From contig JALMLS010000514.1 of assembly GCA_038496445.1 (NCBI GenBank), positions 198,982 to 262,981 on the forward strand: a stretch of 64,000 nt of DNA, in the 5' to 3' direction. The DNA is from Trichosphaerium sp. ATCC 40318. Lineage: Eukaryota > Protista > Tubulinea. Both the position numbers and the translations under genes were made by a program. The notes under the pieces were generated by a model, which saw only the letters and a program-made list of their open reading frames with translations, made no database searches and had not been told where the DNA came from. Within the stretch, counting starts at the first letter, position 1. Each line of letters begins with the position of its first letter. This document shows positions 39,701 to 52,760 of the stretch, in pieces.

Positions 39701-40648
39701 AAATAATAGGAAGCATGTTGCCGTTCCATTCAAATATTATACCAACGTTAGTCGGTCCCATAATGAACCTAGATACAGATACCCTCTTTGTTGAAACGTT
39801 AACAACAGTTTCCCTAATGTCACGTCGTTACCTCAGCGTGTACTTCGGCTCCAAAGCCTTGTAGACCTGTTATATCAAGCAATAATGGATTAAATTGCTA
39901 AACAACTTTGTGAGCCCACGTCAAGACTATCCATTTCTTACTGTATCCAAAAGTGATATTATATTCTCCAAGAATCCATTCATTCGGATTATAAAGTTAC
40001 TAAGCTGAAGGACAGTCCTATAAGTGCTTAATTTAGCGATATAAAAAAACAACAAAAGTGGGTTTTGTTAATAGGTTTCCTCACTTGGAATTTAGCCTAG
40101 GTTGTTACCGAAATCTTTAACGTACGTAGCTATTGTCAACCTAGATCTGAGGAGAATGATTTCAGGACATGAATCAAATACAATATTTACAGCAGGCCAA
40201 TTTATATCAAGGTCCACTAACTGTGTTGGATTTGCTTGATTCTATCACGTGATTTTTAGAAGAGGTCATGATATATTTCTATTTTGTGCTCTAGTTGTTT
40301 TTTCAACGTAACGTACTGAACAAATATCGAATAATACACGCAACCTGCAGAGATATAAGCTAAGAAAATAAGATTATATTGCCGTACTGTGACGAATCAA
40401 GAGTATTTGGAGGTATGCTGCAAAACGCAGGCTGGCACTCCCAATTGCCAGTGTTTTCATGGTCGCTACTTATAGTACCTCTCCATATAGCGTTTGACTG
40501 TCCGAATGTGCCGGTAGCTATAAAAACGGGCGTAAGCACGTGGCTAGTGCGTACGGAATATAATAAACATACAATAACCAAGTATGAGCAAAGTGATAGC
40601 CACAAAGTGTAATGTGCTGAGGTAGGAACCCTTTGGCGGTAAGCACAT
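33711..40648 (-). CDS. Large secreted/surface protein: beta-strand-rich N-terminal region, hexapeptide Thr/Pro repeat array, C-terminal GDPH (VWD-like) domain
   Basis: Signal peptide MCLPPKGSYLSTLHFVAITLLILGY|STG followed by a WRG..S.D....NW..P motif; many I/V/T/S/N-rich exons; repeat exon 35351-37138; SGDPHF at about 34817-34831. Confidence 0.7.
35405..36985 (-). repeat. Coding 18-bp (hexapeptide [IVL]-x-[TSAV]-P-[ASG]-T) tandem repeat, about 85-90 units with higher-order blocks
   Basis: Translation ...VTVPST INSPAT LVTPAT ISTPST IRTPAT VVTPAT...; wobble positions vary between units. Confidence 0.9.
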
Positions 40649-41047
40649 TATAGAATATGCCAATAAGAAGCTAAGCTTGCTTCAGAACGCTCCGACACGG
40701 TAATGTGATTCTATATTACACACAAATGAGAACAAACAAGTTTGTTTGGATAATAGTTAATTTCTTTTTTTTGTGCCAATACTTTTGAGTCTCCTCAGCG
40801 AGATTGTTATTGTATTCAGTCTAGAGATTTATGTGGGAATAGGATATCACGTGTAATTCAAATGACTGCTTGTATTATTTCTTTTAATCACGTGATTTAC
40901 AAACGTGCTTAAAAAGGTTAAGTCACCTTCTAAAAACGTGTTGTCAGCTTTTATTTTTTTTACTTCACTAGCAGTTATTGCCGTACTCTCCTCTTTTGGC
41001 TCCCTGACGCCAAAGTTTACAAAGAATTACGGATTCCTTCTCTCTGA

Positions 41048-42713
41048 ATGGCTAAGCGTTATAAGAAGGGTGCGGCTGTGCCCAGGAAGCATAGGTCGTT
41101 TGGGGATGCCGTAAAAGGCAAAATGCTAGCAAGACCCTCGCTTGGAAGAAAAAGCCTTAGCGGGACTTATCAACGTGTTATTATTCGTAAGGGCAGCAAG
41201 GATTGGGGCGGTATACGTTTAGAAAAACCTAACGGTCCGCGTGAGGCTTTCTCTATTGGACTCCATAAAAAAGGTACCAAACAGATGCCGATGCTTGCTT
41301 GTTATTAGTTTAAATCGGTTTTTTTTTGATATCTAATTTTACGATTTTGTCACGTGCCTGTTTTGTTAAATGCTTTGACAATAGAGCGAAATACAGCACC
41401 GAAGAAGAGGAAATTACGTATAAGTACAAGTACATTCCAAAAGTCCGCGAGGATAGAACCTACGATAGTTGTTGGTACGTGTCTTTTTTTGACACCTAAG
41501 AAGTGTCAAAAGTGGAAATTAGATCGTCTTTGTTTTTTGACGTTTTACAGGTGAAAAAGGGCGAGGTTGGTGTGATGGAAAGCTAGAGGATAGTTCGTTT
41601 GACACATGTAAAGGAATGGGCGTAGACTATAGTGGCAATGTATGGAAGAATATTGTAAAAAATTTCCTTTTTTTTTCAAATAATTTTTTCTCACTTATGG
41701 ATCGCTTTGTTGATGCTGTACTTAGTTAATTTTGGGTGACTGGGAAAATTTCACTCTGCGTAAAATAGATTTGACTGACAGGGTTGTAAGTACAATACGT
41801 GGAAATCCAGGAGTATACGCTTTTGTACGTTGAGATTTTGCGTTCTAGAAATAATTGGGTAGCTGTTTTTATTTCGCTGACATTGACACAGAGACCATGG
41901 CGTATACACTGTCCAAGTAGACACGTGATGGTTTATTTGGATTACAGACAAAGTGGAGTAGTCAGAATAAACACAAAAACAGGAGAAGAGCAGCGATGCA
42001 AGGTACTACAAAATCCATCTGGTTTGACAATGGATGACAATGGAGATACAATAGTACGTCTTTTTAGAAATCTAAAGGCGGTAGCTTCTTTTTTCAGCGT
42101 TGCTAGTATTAGCCTTTACCATTGTCAAAAAATCAAAGTCATTTGTGCTACACAGTTCTTTACACTCTCTCGACAAAATCCGAATTAGTTCTTTCGTCAG
42201 GTTTTTTATTATTAAAGAATTCTGGTATTATAGGTCACGTGTCCAGACGGTATTTATGCTATAGATAAATCATGGGAATTTCCACCATTACGTATATTCG
42301 AGAGTGATTTATGGGAGGTTGACGCTATTGCTTTTCTATCAAAAGACAAATATCTTGTTTCTGGTTCGAGTATGTCACGATATCCTTTTGAATCAAGTGT
42401 TATGATAATAGACCTACAACTACATAACTCGAAAGTGTTGATAAAGTTTCCTGGTATATTGGTTGATTTTAGAGTATGTGTAAGTAGAGATAATGATGTG
42501 GCATATTTCATTATGACTGGACAAAACTGTGTTTATGAAATTGACCTGATTGCAAATGAGATAAGTGAGTTTGAACTACCTGAACAATACTGTGATTTAG
42601 GTGCTATTGTATGCTTTAAAAAGCAGGTTATTGTGTTTGATAATGCAACATTTTCTTTGTTAAAGATAGATATGGATAATGCAAAACTTAACCGTGTATT
42701 TAGTACCACATAA
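41048..42713 (+). CDS. NHL-repeat (beta-propeller) protein with basic N-terminus
   Basis: GRGWCDGKLEDSSFDTCKGMGVDYSGN, LILGDWENFTLRKID and LQNPSGLTMDDNGDTI are NHL-type motifs; the K/R-rich N-terminus includes PKKRK. Confidence 0.6.
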
Positions 42714-43033
42714 AAAAAAAAAGTTGCTATTTGCTTTTCACTTTGTTATCACTTGTACAATGCACACCGTTATCAAAAGAAAAACAGTCCTTTTCTTTAT
42801 CTCAAACATACTAAAGGCTACTATTGAAATTGAATGTTTATTAGTTTCTTGTCGAAAAAGTTGGTAGGTTAGACTTGGACTGTAATTACCATACGCAAAT
42901 TTTTTTAAAAGTGGAGATGTTACAACTCAGCATATCCAAAAGACACGTTTTCACAATAGCTCATTATCTGACTGTTAATTTTACACCGCTAAGTGGAAGG
43001 AGCAAACTATCTGTTGCATTTGTTTGTGTAATA

Positions 43034-43200
43034 TTAATAGTATGTCGTCACACGACGATCGTCATTAATACGTTTACAACTTAGGAGATTGATAGTCTGT
43101 ACGCCCTCTAAAGCCGCTACACCTTTGTCTGTAACCATCATTTCTTCTAAGTTAATGGTATGTACTCCAGCTAGCGAAGTAAACAATTGATAAGGGTCCT
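43034..43200 (-). pseudogene. LRR gene fragment related to the F-box/LRR gene at 61980-63096
   Basis: SLAGVHTINLEEMMVTDKGVAALEGVQTINLLSCKRI resembles the SALAGVHTI..VTD.GV repeats of 62236-63096; no start codon or F-box. Confidence 0.6.
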
Positions 43201-43227
43201 TGTTTATTGTAGGACTACAAGAAATTG

Positions 43228-44894
43228 TTATACTGTTGTTGGGCATGACTCCTTTGTTAAGAAAAAGTTGGATGCAGGAACAACTTGACGAGACATCGAT
43301 GGAGGCTCCCATTCCAGTTTGCCTTGAGCGTTTCCAATTCTATCAAATACTTTCGTATACAAAAGTGTAGTATGCGCCACCAACCATATATCTAGTTCCT
43401 GACATAATCTTGCTGCCAGGAAAGAACCTGTCAATGAACTCTTTAGATTGAACCAAAATATTTCTTCGAAAAAAGCGCTCGTACGAGTCAATTATTAACT
43501 TGTCTCCAATGTACAACTTCCCGCCGTCATTTGAGGTTGTAGTGAACTTATAGTCACCAGTTGTAAGAGCTTTAATGTAGCCCTAGGAAAATTATAAGAA
43601 AATATCTGGGTAGCTTTTTAACTGCTAGCGTACTGTCCATCTAGCTGCAAATTTATCTGCATTAACACCAGGTGCTGGAGATGCGGTTTGCCAGTCTATG
43701 TCGATTTGCGTGTCTCTTTCAGTACGAACTAAAGTGTAAAATACAGGACTTGTATCGTATGAGCCTTCATAGTTGTAGTATTCCAAGCGAAGTCCGTTGG
43801 TGGAAGACACAAGAGGGCAAGCTGAAAAAGGAAATAAATAAGAATAAGTGAACATAATTGACGATTCTTCATACCCATTGCTATAGGTCTACATGTACGG
43901 ACAGATAAACCCAATAAATTACCAGAAAGGCAGTTTGGAATAGATGAAACTCTCGCAGCAGTCTCAGCGTAGGACTTTCCTAGAAATGTATGAGTTGTAG
44001 CATTTTGAAGGAGATTTTACCATCACAGAGCTTCCCTCTACAATCGGCACAAACAGTTGCCATGTTCGTTTCTATAAATCCATCAGGGCAATCGTCAGGT
44101 ACACCAAATCCCCCAAAACATTGAGTATCGTAGCAATAGTTATTGGCAGCGGTGGCGACTTTGAATACAGCGTCTATTGTAATATGTCAGCAACAAAAAA
44201 AGATAAACTACATACCATAACAAAGAGCGTTGTCATGCCAAAAAGATTCTTCTTGCGGTCCAGCATACCATGAAGCACATGTCCACTCGACTTATATAAC
44301 TTAAAAACACTAACAAAGATAACAAGCAACGTACAAGGGCGATTGGTGTAGTCGTATGTCCACTTGAAGTTCAAATCAATCTCACTGTTCCAACAGAGAT
44401 AGTTATTATCCCACGAATCAGGATCAAGCGGCTCGTGTATACGTTCACAAGTTTTACCAACTATAGCGCCATTGGTACTAAACTCAAAGGCGCCTATAGT
44501 AGAGATTAATCAAGAGGATTGCGGTATAGCAATGTACTAGAATTTCCTGTATGAGCCGTCCAACACCAATAGTTATCGTCCCATGAATGAATGCTAGGTT
44601 CAGTTGTTGTCGCAAGAGAGACGCAGAACATGTTGTCTAATGGACCACGATAAGAAAACTTAAACAAAGGAGGAGCGCCAATGGCATTGGCGGCTTCAGC
44701 CTTTCTTTTTTCGTAGGCTTGTTGTTCAGCTGTTGTAGACGGAAAAGCTAAAGCTTGGACAGTCAGAATTTTGTTTAGATGGTTTGAAGTACCCGCTAGT
44801 ATGTAGCATGTGAATGCAAGTATTACCAAACAAGTTGATAACTAGGTAGAGTCAGTGTTACGCTGTAAAGTAATAGGCGTACAGTTGTTGCCAT
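43228..44894 (-). CDS. Secreted protein with Cys/Trp repeats (WDDNYxC) and a C-terminal PA14 domain; apparent 1-nt frameshift near 43352
   Basis: Signal MATT|LSTCLVILAFTCYILA; two F.FS..G....C....EP...SWD.NY.CW repeats; PA14 GLRLEYY...DTQIDIDW...PAPGVNADKFAARWT|GYIKA..TGDYKFTTTSNDGGKLYI...LEW. Confidence 0.75.
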
Positions 44895-46507
44895 GTGTGT
44901 TATGCTTTGATGAGGTAATCAAACTTGGCGAAAATCTTGTGCGCTTTTTTACTTTGTTATTTATTTTTTATGCTTGCATTGTCGAAGCCAACGCTACAAT
45001 CTTCGGATATAGCTTATCTTGTATCCTAGCGAATCACAACACAAAAATACAGTGCCACCAACAATCGAAAAATGTTCAGTGAAAATGACACTTTGTATGA
45101 ACGGTAACCCTTCGTTTTTGGTTGTCATGAGCTACTATTTCTTTGTGGTGGCAGGAGAGATACAGAGCAGAAAAAATATAGAAAACTTCAACTGAAATAT
45201 GTTCCTTTAAAAGTGATAATCATTAATGGTGAATAGCTAGCTCCTCTGGTTTTTAATTTGATAACTTTACGGTACCTTGATCGTTTAAAAGTAAAGTTTG
45301 GTATGCTAATAAGTGCATGATATCTATGTGGATAGCTTACAAACTTATTACATCACCAAAACACAATTTGCCACTTTTATTTGAAACTGCCTTATCCCAG
45401 AAAAAAAAAAGAACCGCACTGTGTACAAAGAATAAATGTGTTTTAGAACTATCGTACTACAACAACAAACTGCACCCTTTTACTGGTGCTATTTATAAAA
45501 GAACAAACTGTCACAGCGGCATCAAGCGTTACTGAAATCAGGCGATAATGTCAAACAGCATTGTTTTCGAGGGATACAACTGTTTTCTGAGACAAGGCTG
45601 AAACTGCTCTAATAACAGAAATAAGTGTTTTCTCAAACATTTTTTTTTATTCTTGTTTTGTGGTATGTCTAATCGATAGGGATGGCTATGAGGTTTAAAC
45701 ACATTTCAAATACTAGATATCACACTAGGGCAACCAATCGCTCCATATATTAGAGCAAGTAGCAAAAGGAACAGCTCAGTATCCACAACGGTTCATAGGA
45801 CCCACAGTCAAGGAGAGAATCAAGTACCGATTGTCTTGTTTTGTTCATTTGCAGTTGTTTCTAATGAGGTCTCATTCTGACGTTTCAGCCTGCAACAGTT
45901 CAAGTCTCACTCTTTTTCACTTTATGTTTTATGCATCGGTACGCACTATGGTTACCACAGCTCGGTAGGTGTACTCTTACGTGCTTAAAATTATAAGTAA
46001 GGCAAAAGAGTACCATGAAAATACGCTAGCAAGCGATTTGTACTGGTTTTTACTCAGCTGAAAACAGTTTAAGCTGCGCGTTCAAGAACAGGGGTTGGTC
46101 GTTTAACGCTTAGTATCTAACCATGTATATACTGTAAGGCGTAAATGATAGATATTAAGGTATATTAATATTAATATTCACTTGCTACAAACCAATTGTC
46201 CATTTTCGATAACAGCCAGAAGGCGTAAAATAATTGATAGCCATATTGCTTTGATCTTTACATCCTTTGTTTCCCATCACGCTCAGTTTGTTTTACATAC
46301 TTTTATATCTGTTATACTTGTTAAATTTTGGCATATATGGTTCACACAGAGGTTGGCATGCCGAGAGTACTTTTGCTAAATGGCAGCGAATTCCATTTTC
46401 TTAATTTTTTCCTGTTTGTGTTGGTAATAAAAGTCGCTACAAATTGCTAATTAATAACTGAAGCACTAAACCTATTCTGGATTGCAATATTCCGTTTATA
46501 TTTCAGG

Positions 46508-47037
46508 TTCAAATAGCAAAGCAAGCCAAGGACGCTGAATCTCTTGGGGCGTCAGCAGTTATAGCACAAGGTAAAAGTATAGTATTTTACTCGGTGAGTT
46601 AAAATCAACTTTCTAGGAAGCGATTGCGGTGGTCATTACACTAGAAGCAGTCTTCCCACTTTTTCTCTTTTTCCTCAAATTGTACAAGCAGTAAAAATAC
46701 CAGTCATGGCTGCTGGTGGTATTGTTAATGGTAGAGGTTTTGCGGCAGCAATTGCCCTTGGTGCTGATGGTGTTTCGATAGGTAACCTGATTGGTAAATG
46801 GTTATCAAACAAAACGACTTCATCCTTTGAGGAAAAAGGAGATAGATTCTTCAAAGAGAAGAGTCATGACGAAGTTCGGTCGGAGATTAAACAAGCACGA
46901 AGTGATAAGAATTATGATGTAGCACCAGTTTGGGCAGGTGACGGAGTAAACATGATACAAGATTTCCTTCAGTCGAAGATTTTATGAAGCGCCTTATTAA
47001 TGAAGCTAAAGGTGCTTTCTCGCATGTGGAGATGTAG
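46508..47037 (+). pseudogene. Nitronate monooxygenase (2-nitropropane dioxygenase family) fragment/pseudogene
   Basis: GASAVIAQG|SDCGGH, IPVMAAGGIVNGRGFAAAIALGADGVSIG and PVWAG are present. No N-terminal half was found, the segment after GVSIG (normally TRF...) is missing, and there is a frameshift near 46965-46985. Confidence 0.75.
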
Positions 47038-47108
47038 ATCACTGTTGCTAAAAATTGTAAGACTGATTATAATACTGCTGACATAGATCAAGAGCTATTT
47101 AACTAATG

Positions 47109-48497
47109 TTAATTTATGCTTGCCAAAATATGTACTTTCCATGCCCTTGGAGCACCATGTGGTACAAATGGATAGGGTGACATATCAACAAATACAGTAC
47201 TTTTTCTAAACAATGGTTCAAACTTAATTGGCTGTAGGGTTTCTTTGCGGCCAAAAAGTGGAAATTGGTTTATCTTATTTGTTGATCTTAGTAAAATCAT
47301 CCCACAAGATAGCTCTGATACTGCAATTGTTATATAATCTGTTGTGAACCTTCTCCACCCATACAAGCCATTTTGAGAATATACTCCAAACTCTCTACAT
47401 AGCTCAGCAAAGTATACGCATTTAGAACATATCTCTATGTACTTCAATCCATTTTCCATTTCGATTATTCTATAATTAGAAACAGCTCCAAAAACACTCT
47501 TTTTTTGGAAGAACATTGTTATAAAGCAACTGCTTAATCCTTTTTTTGGTCCTCTTTGGGTGAACGTATATATCATATTCCTGTGGTATACTTTATCATT
47601 ATTAATACTACATTCATGATTTTCCATGTGATCAATAAGCATGAGATTCAGTATCTTTTGTTTTCCAAGTTTTTTCTGAAAACTGGCAACAACACTCTTT
47701 CTAGACATCAAACTCTTGTCATCTTCACATACAACGTTCATAATATCTATACAACGTTTCTGAAACCTTTCATTGTACCAGTCATTAGCAGCAAGCGTAA
47801 AAAAGTCCAAATAGTTCTTTTTTATGAAACGCTTAGCATCTTCTTTTTGTTCTGATGCTAAACATCGATCCATGTAATCAAAAGCGTTCACTACGTACAC
47901 CAAACGCACAGCATGTATGATACAACGACATAGAAAGTGCAAATAGCTATCAAGAGGTTGACAAACGCTTCCAACAGCAAAGAAGCGCTTGGTGCCCACG
48001 TTTATTCCTTCTACTGCCAGATAGTTTTGAAAATACTTCTTAAGGTGATCAGACGTTATATTACGCCAAGAATAGCTTACCAACCGCAATTTAAGCAACT
48101 GGCGTTGATAAAGCACTTTTTTGTGTTTTTTCGTTATTCTAAACGTCTGACGAAGCAGTAAACTCAGAATATGGTAAGTTATCTCGTTGGGCAGCGTCCA
48201 TTGAAACGTTGGGTCAGTTTTGATCATGTTGGCGCTTTTTTTAGCCTCAACGCACTTGGAGCGTGTTTCAATGCCGTCCGTCGCGTCAGCGATGTCATCT
48301 GTTTGTTTTAGAATTATCTCATCTAATTGTTGTACCAAACGTTCATTTGAGAGGTTTATAGTATGTTTTAGTTGTTTTAAGAGTTGTGTATGCGTTTCCG
48401 CTGTGAGCTTGCTAAATGCTACAGTGTGCTGCTCGCGATAGTATTGTAGCGCTTGTTCAACTGAAACTCCAAAGAAATTCATTAATTGTTGACACAA
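47109..48497 (-). CDS. Intronless F-box protein with unknown C-terminal domain
   Basis: 462-aa uninterrupted ORF containing WTLPNEITYHILS...LLKLRLVSYSWRNI. The annotated start is non-ATG, so the first in-frame ATG is a few codons downstream. Confidence 0.65.
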   Translation of the reverse strand: MCQQLMNFFGVSVEQALQYYREQHTVAFSKLTAETHTQLLKQLKHTINLSNERLVQQLDEIILKQTDDIADATDGIETRSKCVEAKKSANMIKTDPTFQWTLPNEITYHILSLLLRQTFRITKKHKKVLYQRQLLKLRLVSYSWRNITSDHLKKYFQNYLAVEGINVGTKRFFAVGSVCQPLDSYLHFLCRCIIHAVRLVYVVNAFDYMDRCLASEQKEDAKRFIKKNYLDFFTLAANDWYNERFQKRCIDIMNVVCEDDKSLMSRKSVVASFQKKLGKQKILNLMLIDHMENHECSINNDKVYHRNMIYTFTQRGPKKGLSSCFITMFFQKKSVFGAVSNYRIIEMENGLKYIEICSKCVYFAELCREFGVYSQNGLYGWRRFTTDYITIAVSELSCGMILLRSTNKINQFPLFGRKETLQPIKFEPLFRKSTVFVDMSPYPFVPHGAPRAWKVHILASIN

Positions 48498-48644
48498 TGA
48501 ACACGTGTTGGTTGCAAATAGTCAAAACCGTTTTGGCCAAATTGCAGTTCTAGCGCACGTGCAATTCTTGGGGTTTTTCACTCAAGTCTTGAAAATACTA
48601 GTAAGCGCAATAAAATATAAGGTCTTTTGTGGTTGACATCAACT

Positions 48645-49900
48645 CATTAGGACTAGTAACTGGAAAAATTAGGACTAGTACAATTTTCGTTCACACCGTG
48701 TGAAGTTGCGTTAATTTCAATAGAGCCCTTATTGTCAGGTTACAATCTAGTGCGTTTGTAATATGCTATATATAGTGCAGGCGACCAACACATCATTCTC
48801 ACGGATGCAATCACAAATTGTAAGTGTACTGGTCAAACTCAAGTTTAGTAAATGCAACATAGCAGGGTGCTCGTCAGTTTGAATCCCATAGAAGGAGTTG
48901 GTTCGCCAACAAAATCAAGTAACATTGCTAAGAGACATAACCTTATCATGGTAAAGTATGTGGAGAATAGGTTTGTCACTCATTGGAGTGCCAAAAAAAA
49001 TACTAGGTTGAGACACATATTAACTGAATTGAAACACGTTCATACATCTGTAAGTCTCTGGGCGAGTACATTTAATTTAATATTGCTTTTTAGAAGTATG
49101 CTAATACAATGACTTGCATCAAAGGGTTTTCAGTGCTTTTCGATTTTCTTGGGCCAGGTGAGTGGCCTTTTACAACTTTTTGGATGGCTCAAATTGCACA
49201 GCCGCTACTTACCTTCAGAATTGTTCTCTTCGGTTTTATTATGTCAATTGAGGTGTTCAGTGAGGACTAATGGATAACAGTAATTGCTGTTAATTATTGA
49301 TTTGCCAATACTTTTTTTTTACTGTAGACTATCTTCGATGCAATGAAATTCTGTGATTTATTGAAACAATTATTTTTGATTCTGAACTACACATGTATGC
49401 TTCCTGTGCTTCAATGATGAAGCCAATAAATGCGCTGGTACAAAATCACCTAGCTCCAGGATATATGTTACATTGTTACCAACACCTTTACTAGGACAGT
49501 TCAGCTTGACAAATGATGTAAAAGTTTTCACGTGACAAACTTCTTTAAAGAAGGTGAATTTGAAAAATCTTACTGATAGTTCTGGATTGGCACGGTTACA
49601 GCCATATCTAAGAACCCCCACCCAATAACTCTGAACTTGAGTACTTTTTGCCTTGCAAGATACCACCACACCTTTAGTTTGTGTTGAATGTTATGTACAT
49701 CGCTTATTTTTTGTGTGTTAATCGATGCACGTGTTGAACTGGCGTTTTTCGTCTTTTGTGGGCTTTTTCTTATGGTTTGTCAAACGAGCCTCTTAGCATG
49801 TCTATCATATGTGCGAGATGCGTTTCCGAGTATTTTTGAGCTGTTTTGACCAAGTTTTACAAGGGTTACTAGTCCTAATTTTTTTTTTACTAGCCCGAAC
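48645..49900. mobile_element. Candidate non-autonomous TIR DNA element (about 1.25 kb)
   Basis: 17-bp perfect inverted repeat aaaaattaggactagta (48664-48680) / tactagtcctaattttt (49867-49883), with a second degenerate ggactagta unit further out on each side. The interior has no intact gene. Confidence 0.4.
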
Positions 49901-50063
49901 GAAATCAATCGTCATTCATTCGTCTACTTTGACTAGCTAGACATATCCAGATGAAGTTTTCTGATGTCACCCTGCTAATTCTTATCGAGGAATAAGATTT
50001 ATTAGTAGACATAATAAGGTACAAAGCTCATCTTGGTTTCAAAACAAACCGAATAAAAAACTG

Positions 50064-52760
50064 TCAGTATCCTGCTGCTTTGCCATACTTTCTAGATAAA
50101 AGGCAGTAAGTCAATCAATAAATATGGCTTCTATCCCTGTACCTCTTATCACTAGCAGCTTGTAACATACCCTTATCGTCAATAAGAACAGCTTGAACTA
50201 CAGCAAGGTCTTTTGTAAACGCGACTTTATGTCCTAGTGACTCAAGCTCCTTTATCCAATCTGCAGGAAAGTCATACTCAGCCCCTAACTATACAAACAA
50301 CAGTTAGACTAAGATGACATTAGTAAGAGAACATACAAGTGTTGGGATGAGTTGTTGGTGAAGTCTTGGAGCATCAATTGCTTCTTTGATATTTTGGCCA
50401 TAGGCAAGAACGTTCAAGATTGTCTAAAGTACTATTAGAATAACCTCATTATCACGGATGACTTTCCTGCATTACAGCTGTGATAATAATAGAACCTCCC
50501 GATCCTCCTATTACAATATGTGGCTCATTATTCTTATATACAATTGTAGGAGACATTGAAGAGAGTGGCTTCTTTCCAGCAGCTGTAACAAGTGAGACAT
50601 TGTAAACAATTCTCAGAAAAGCAAAGAAATCAAACAATCTTCTATTTTTTGGGTATAAGTGATAACACGTACCAACGTAGTTGTTTACAGAAGGAGGATA
50701 ACCCCATGCGTTTGTAGAATTTACAGAACTAAAGTCGTCCATTTCATTATTGTACAGTATTCCTGTGTTAACGCCAAGGTACTTTGAACCAAATTCTAGA
50801 TTTATCTATTATTTCTTTTAGTTATTTATCGCTTATATTCACTTTAAACTATCGTACTGTAGATGTTAGGGCTACGCCATTTCTATCTTTATCGATAACA
50901 GATAAATGCATTGTTCCATGGTCCTCCATTGTACTACATGAAAGTGTTACTTTAAAAGCCTCTATGATGAATTCAAGTTACTTACGAACAACACTCTGTT
51001 AAGTCTTCGTAGTATGGTGGGTCATGAGTTTTTTCCTTTAAGGTGTAAGAAGCGGACGTTGTGGTTCATATAATATTGACTTACAGGAGTAATCCTAGAG
51101 CGTAGAATATCTGCATGTGACTTTGAAGTCATTTCGTTTACAAAGTACGTCATGTTCGGAGTAAAATCAGGATCACCCAGAACCATGCGGTTGCTGTAAG
51201 AAAACTTCCATGCCTCGATAGTCAAGTGCAGAGTATCCGCAGACTTTTTTGTCTTCGGTAAGTTATACAGTTCGAGAAGGTTCAACGCTTGAGCTATACA
51301 AGGTCCACCTGAACATCAGGATGTCAGAGTTGCGAAAGAGCTAAGTAAAACAGTGAAGTATCTTACCTGAGAATGGTGGGCCACCTCCAACAATCTTGTA
51401 GCCTTGCCAATGTGATGTAACCACAGGGCGTTCCTTTGAAGTTACGTAAACTTAAAATACTAATACTGTTGTGGGGCTAACGTACAACGACTTCAAAGTT
51501 GTTGAAATCTTCAACTGTAAAAATGCCATTAAAAGCATTGATTTCTTCAACCATTGTTTGAGTTAAACTTGAGTTATAGAATGCTTCAATGCCCTGATCA
51601 GCTATTGTTTGTAATGTAACAGCTATTTTAGGCCATGTGATAACTTGGTTAAGTGAGGCAATTTCACCATTTGGAGCGAAAACACTTTTTAAACCAGGGT
51701 CACTTAGAATAAATTCTTTTGATGATTCCAGTCTATCTGCAAGCATTTGATGAACATGAAATCCATCTCTGGCGTACGCAATAGCAGGTTCGAATAGTCT
51801 TGATTACATTAATAGAGACTATGTATAGGGTTAAGTTTACCTAGCCCAGGTTATGTTTCCGCTTCCGTATTTCTTAAATGCGTAATCATATCCCTTAAGT
51901 TCTCCTGGTATACCAACAGCAAGACCACCAATTGTGCTTGCGTTTTCTTTACCAACATACATATCTTTAAATGCTTTAGCAGGTGCTGTCTCACGAAAGT
52001 CAATGAGTATTGGCTACAAGAAAAAAGTTTAGTAAAACGTGATAAAGTGACCTCAGGTTTACCTCATCGTGGTCTTGTAAGTGTATAAGCATAACGCCTC
52101 CTCCACCTATCGTGTTAGCATAACTTGATAGTACGCCTTGACATAAACCAGCAGCAATTGCTTAAATAGGAAGTGAGCAACACGTGTTAATAAAAAATAG
52201 ACGTAAAAAGAAAGTTACTTTCTTTTTGTATGCTTTTGCTTGAAAATAATTATTACTTTTCTGTACCTGCATCTACAGCGTTCCCACCTTCTTTGAGAAC
52301 GTTCACACCTACGATACTGACACGTGTGAGATTTAAACGTACTACCAACGGCTCTATTACCTGCAGTTTTCGTTGTCAGCAGCTACAGCACCATTTTGAG
52401 CGTATACTGGTGATAGTACTGGTTCTGCTTTTAAAATGAGCTCTGGTACAAAAATAGACGCGTAATACGCGTTTTAACGCTTAAAAAGCCGACATACGTG
52501 GTTTTTTATCTACATTATGTACAGATAAAGCTATGACAGCGGCCATAATCCCCACGCATACCACTGTAACGCTCAAGGCAACTAACAGTTGTAATGTAAG
52601 TGGCATACGCCGCCATCTGCTATCAGGGCGTAATTCGGGCATTCTAGAGACTTTCAGCGCGAAACAAGCTAATAAACGAACTTCAAACTTACAGAACTGT
52701 AGATTCATAACCAGAATCCAAATTCTCTAGATTATCGTCATCCTCAAGCACTGTAGCCAT
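50064..52760 (-). CDS. ggt: Gamma-glutamyl transpeptidase (type II membrane anchor), many exons
   Basis: N-terminal TM segment; NGAVAAD, GGNAVDA, IDFRETAP, VGIPGEL, nucleophile EDHGTMHLSV, NNEMDDFS, KPLSSMSP, GGSGG, PRLHQQL, AASDKR|KYG. Confidence 0.93.
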
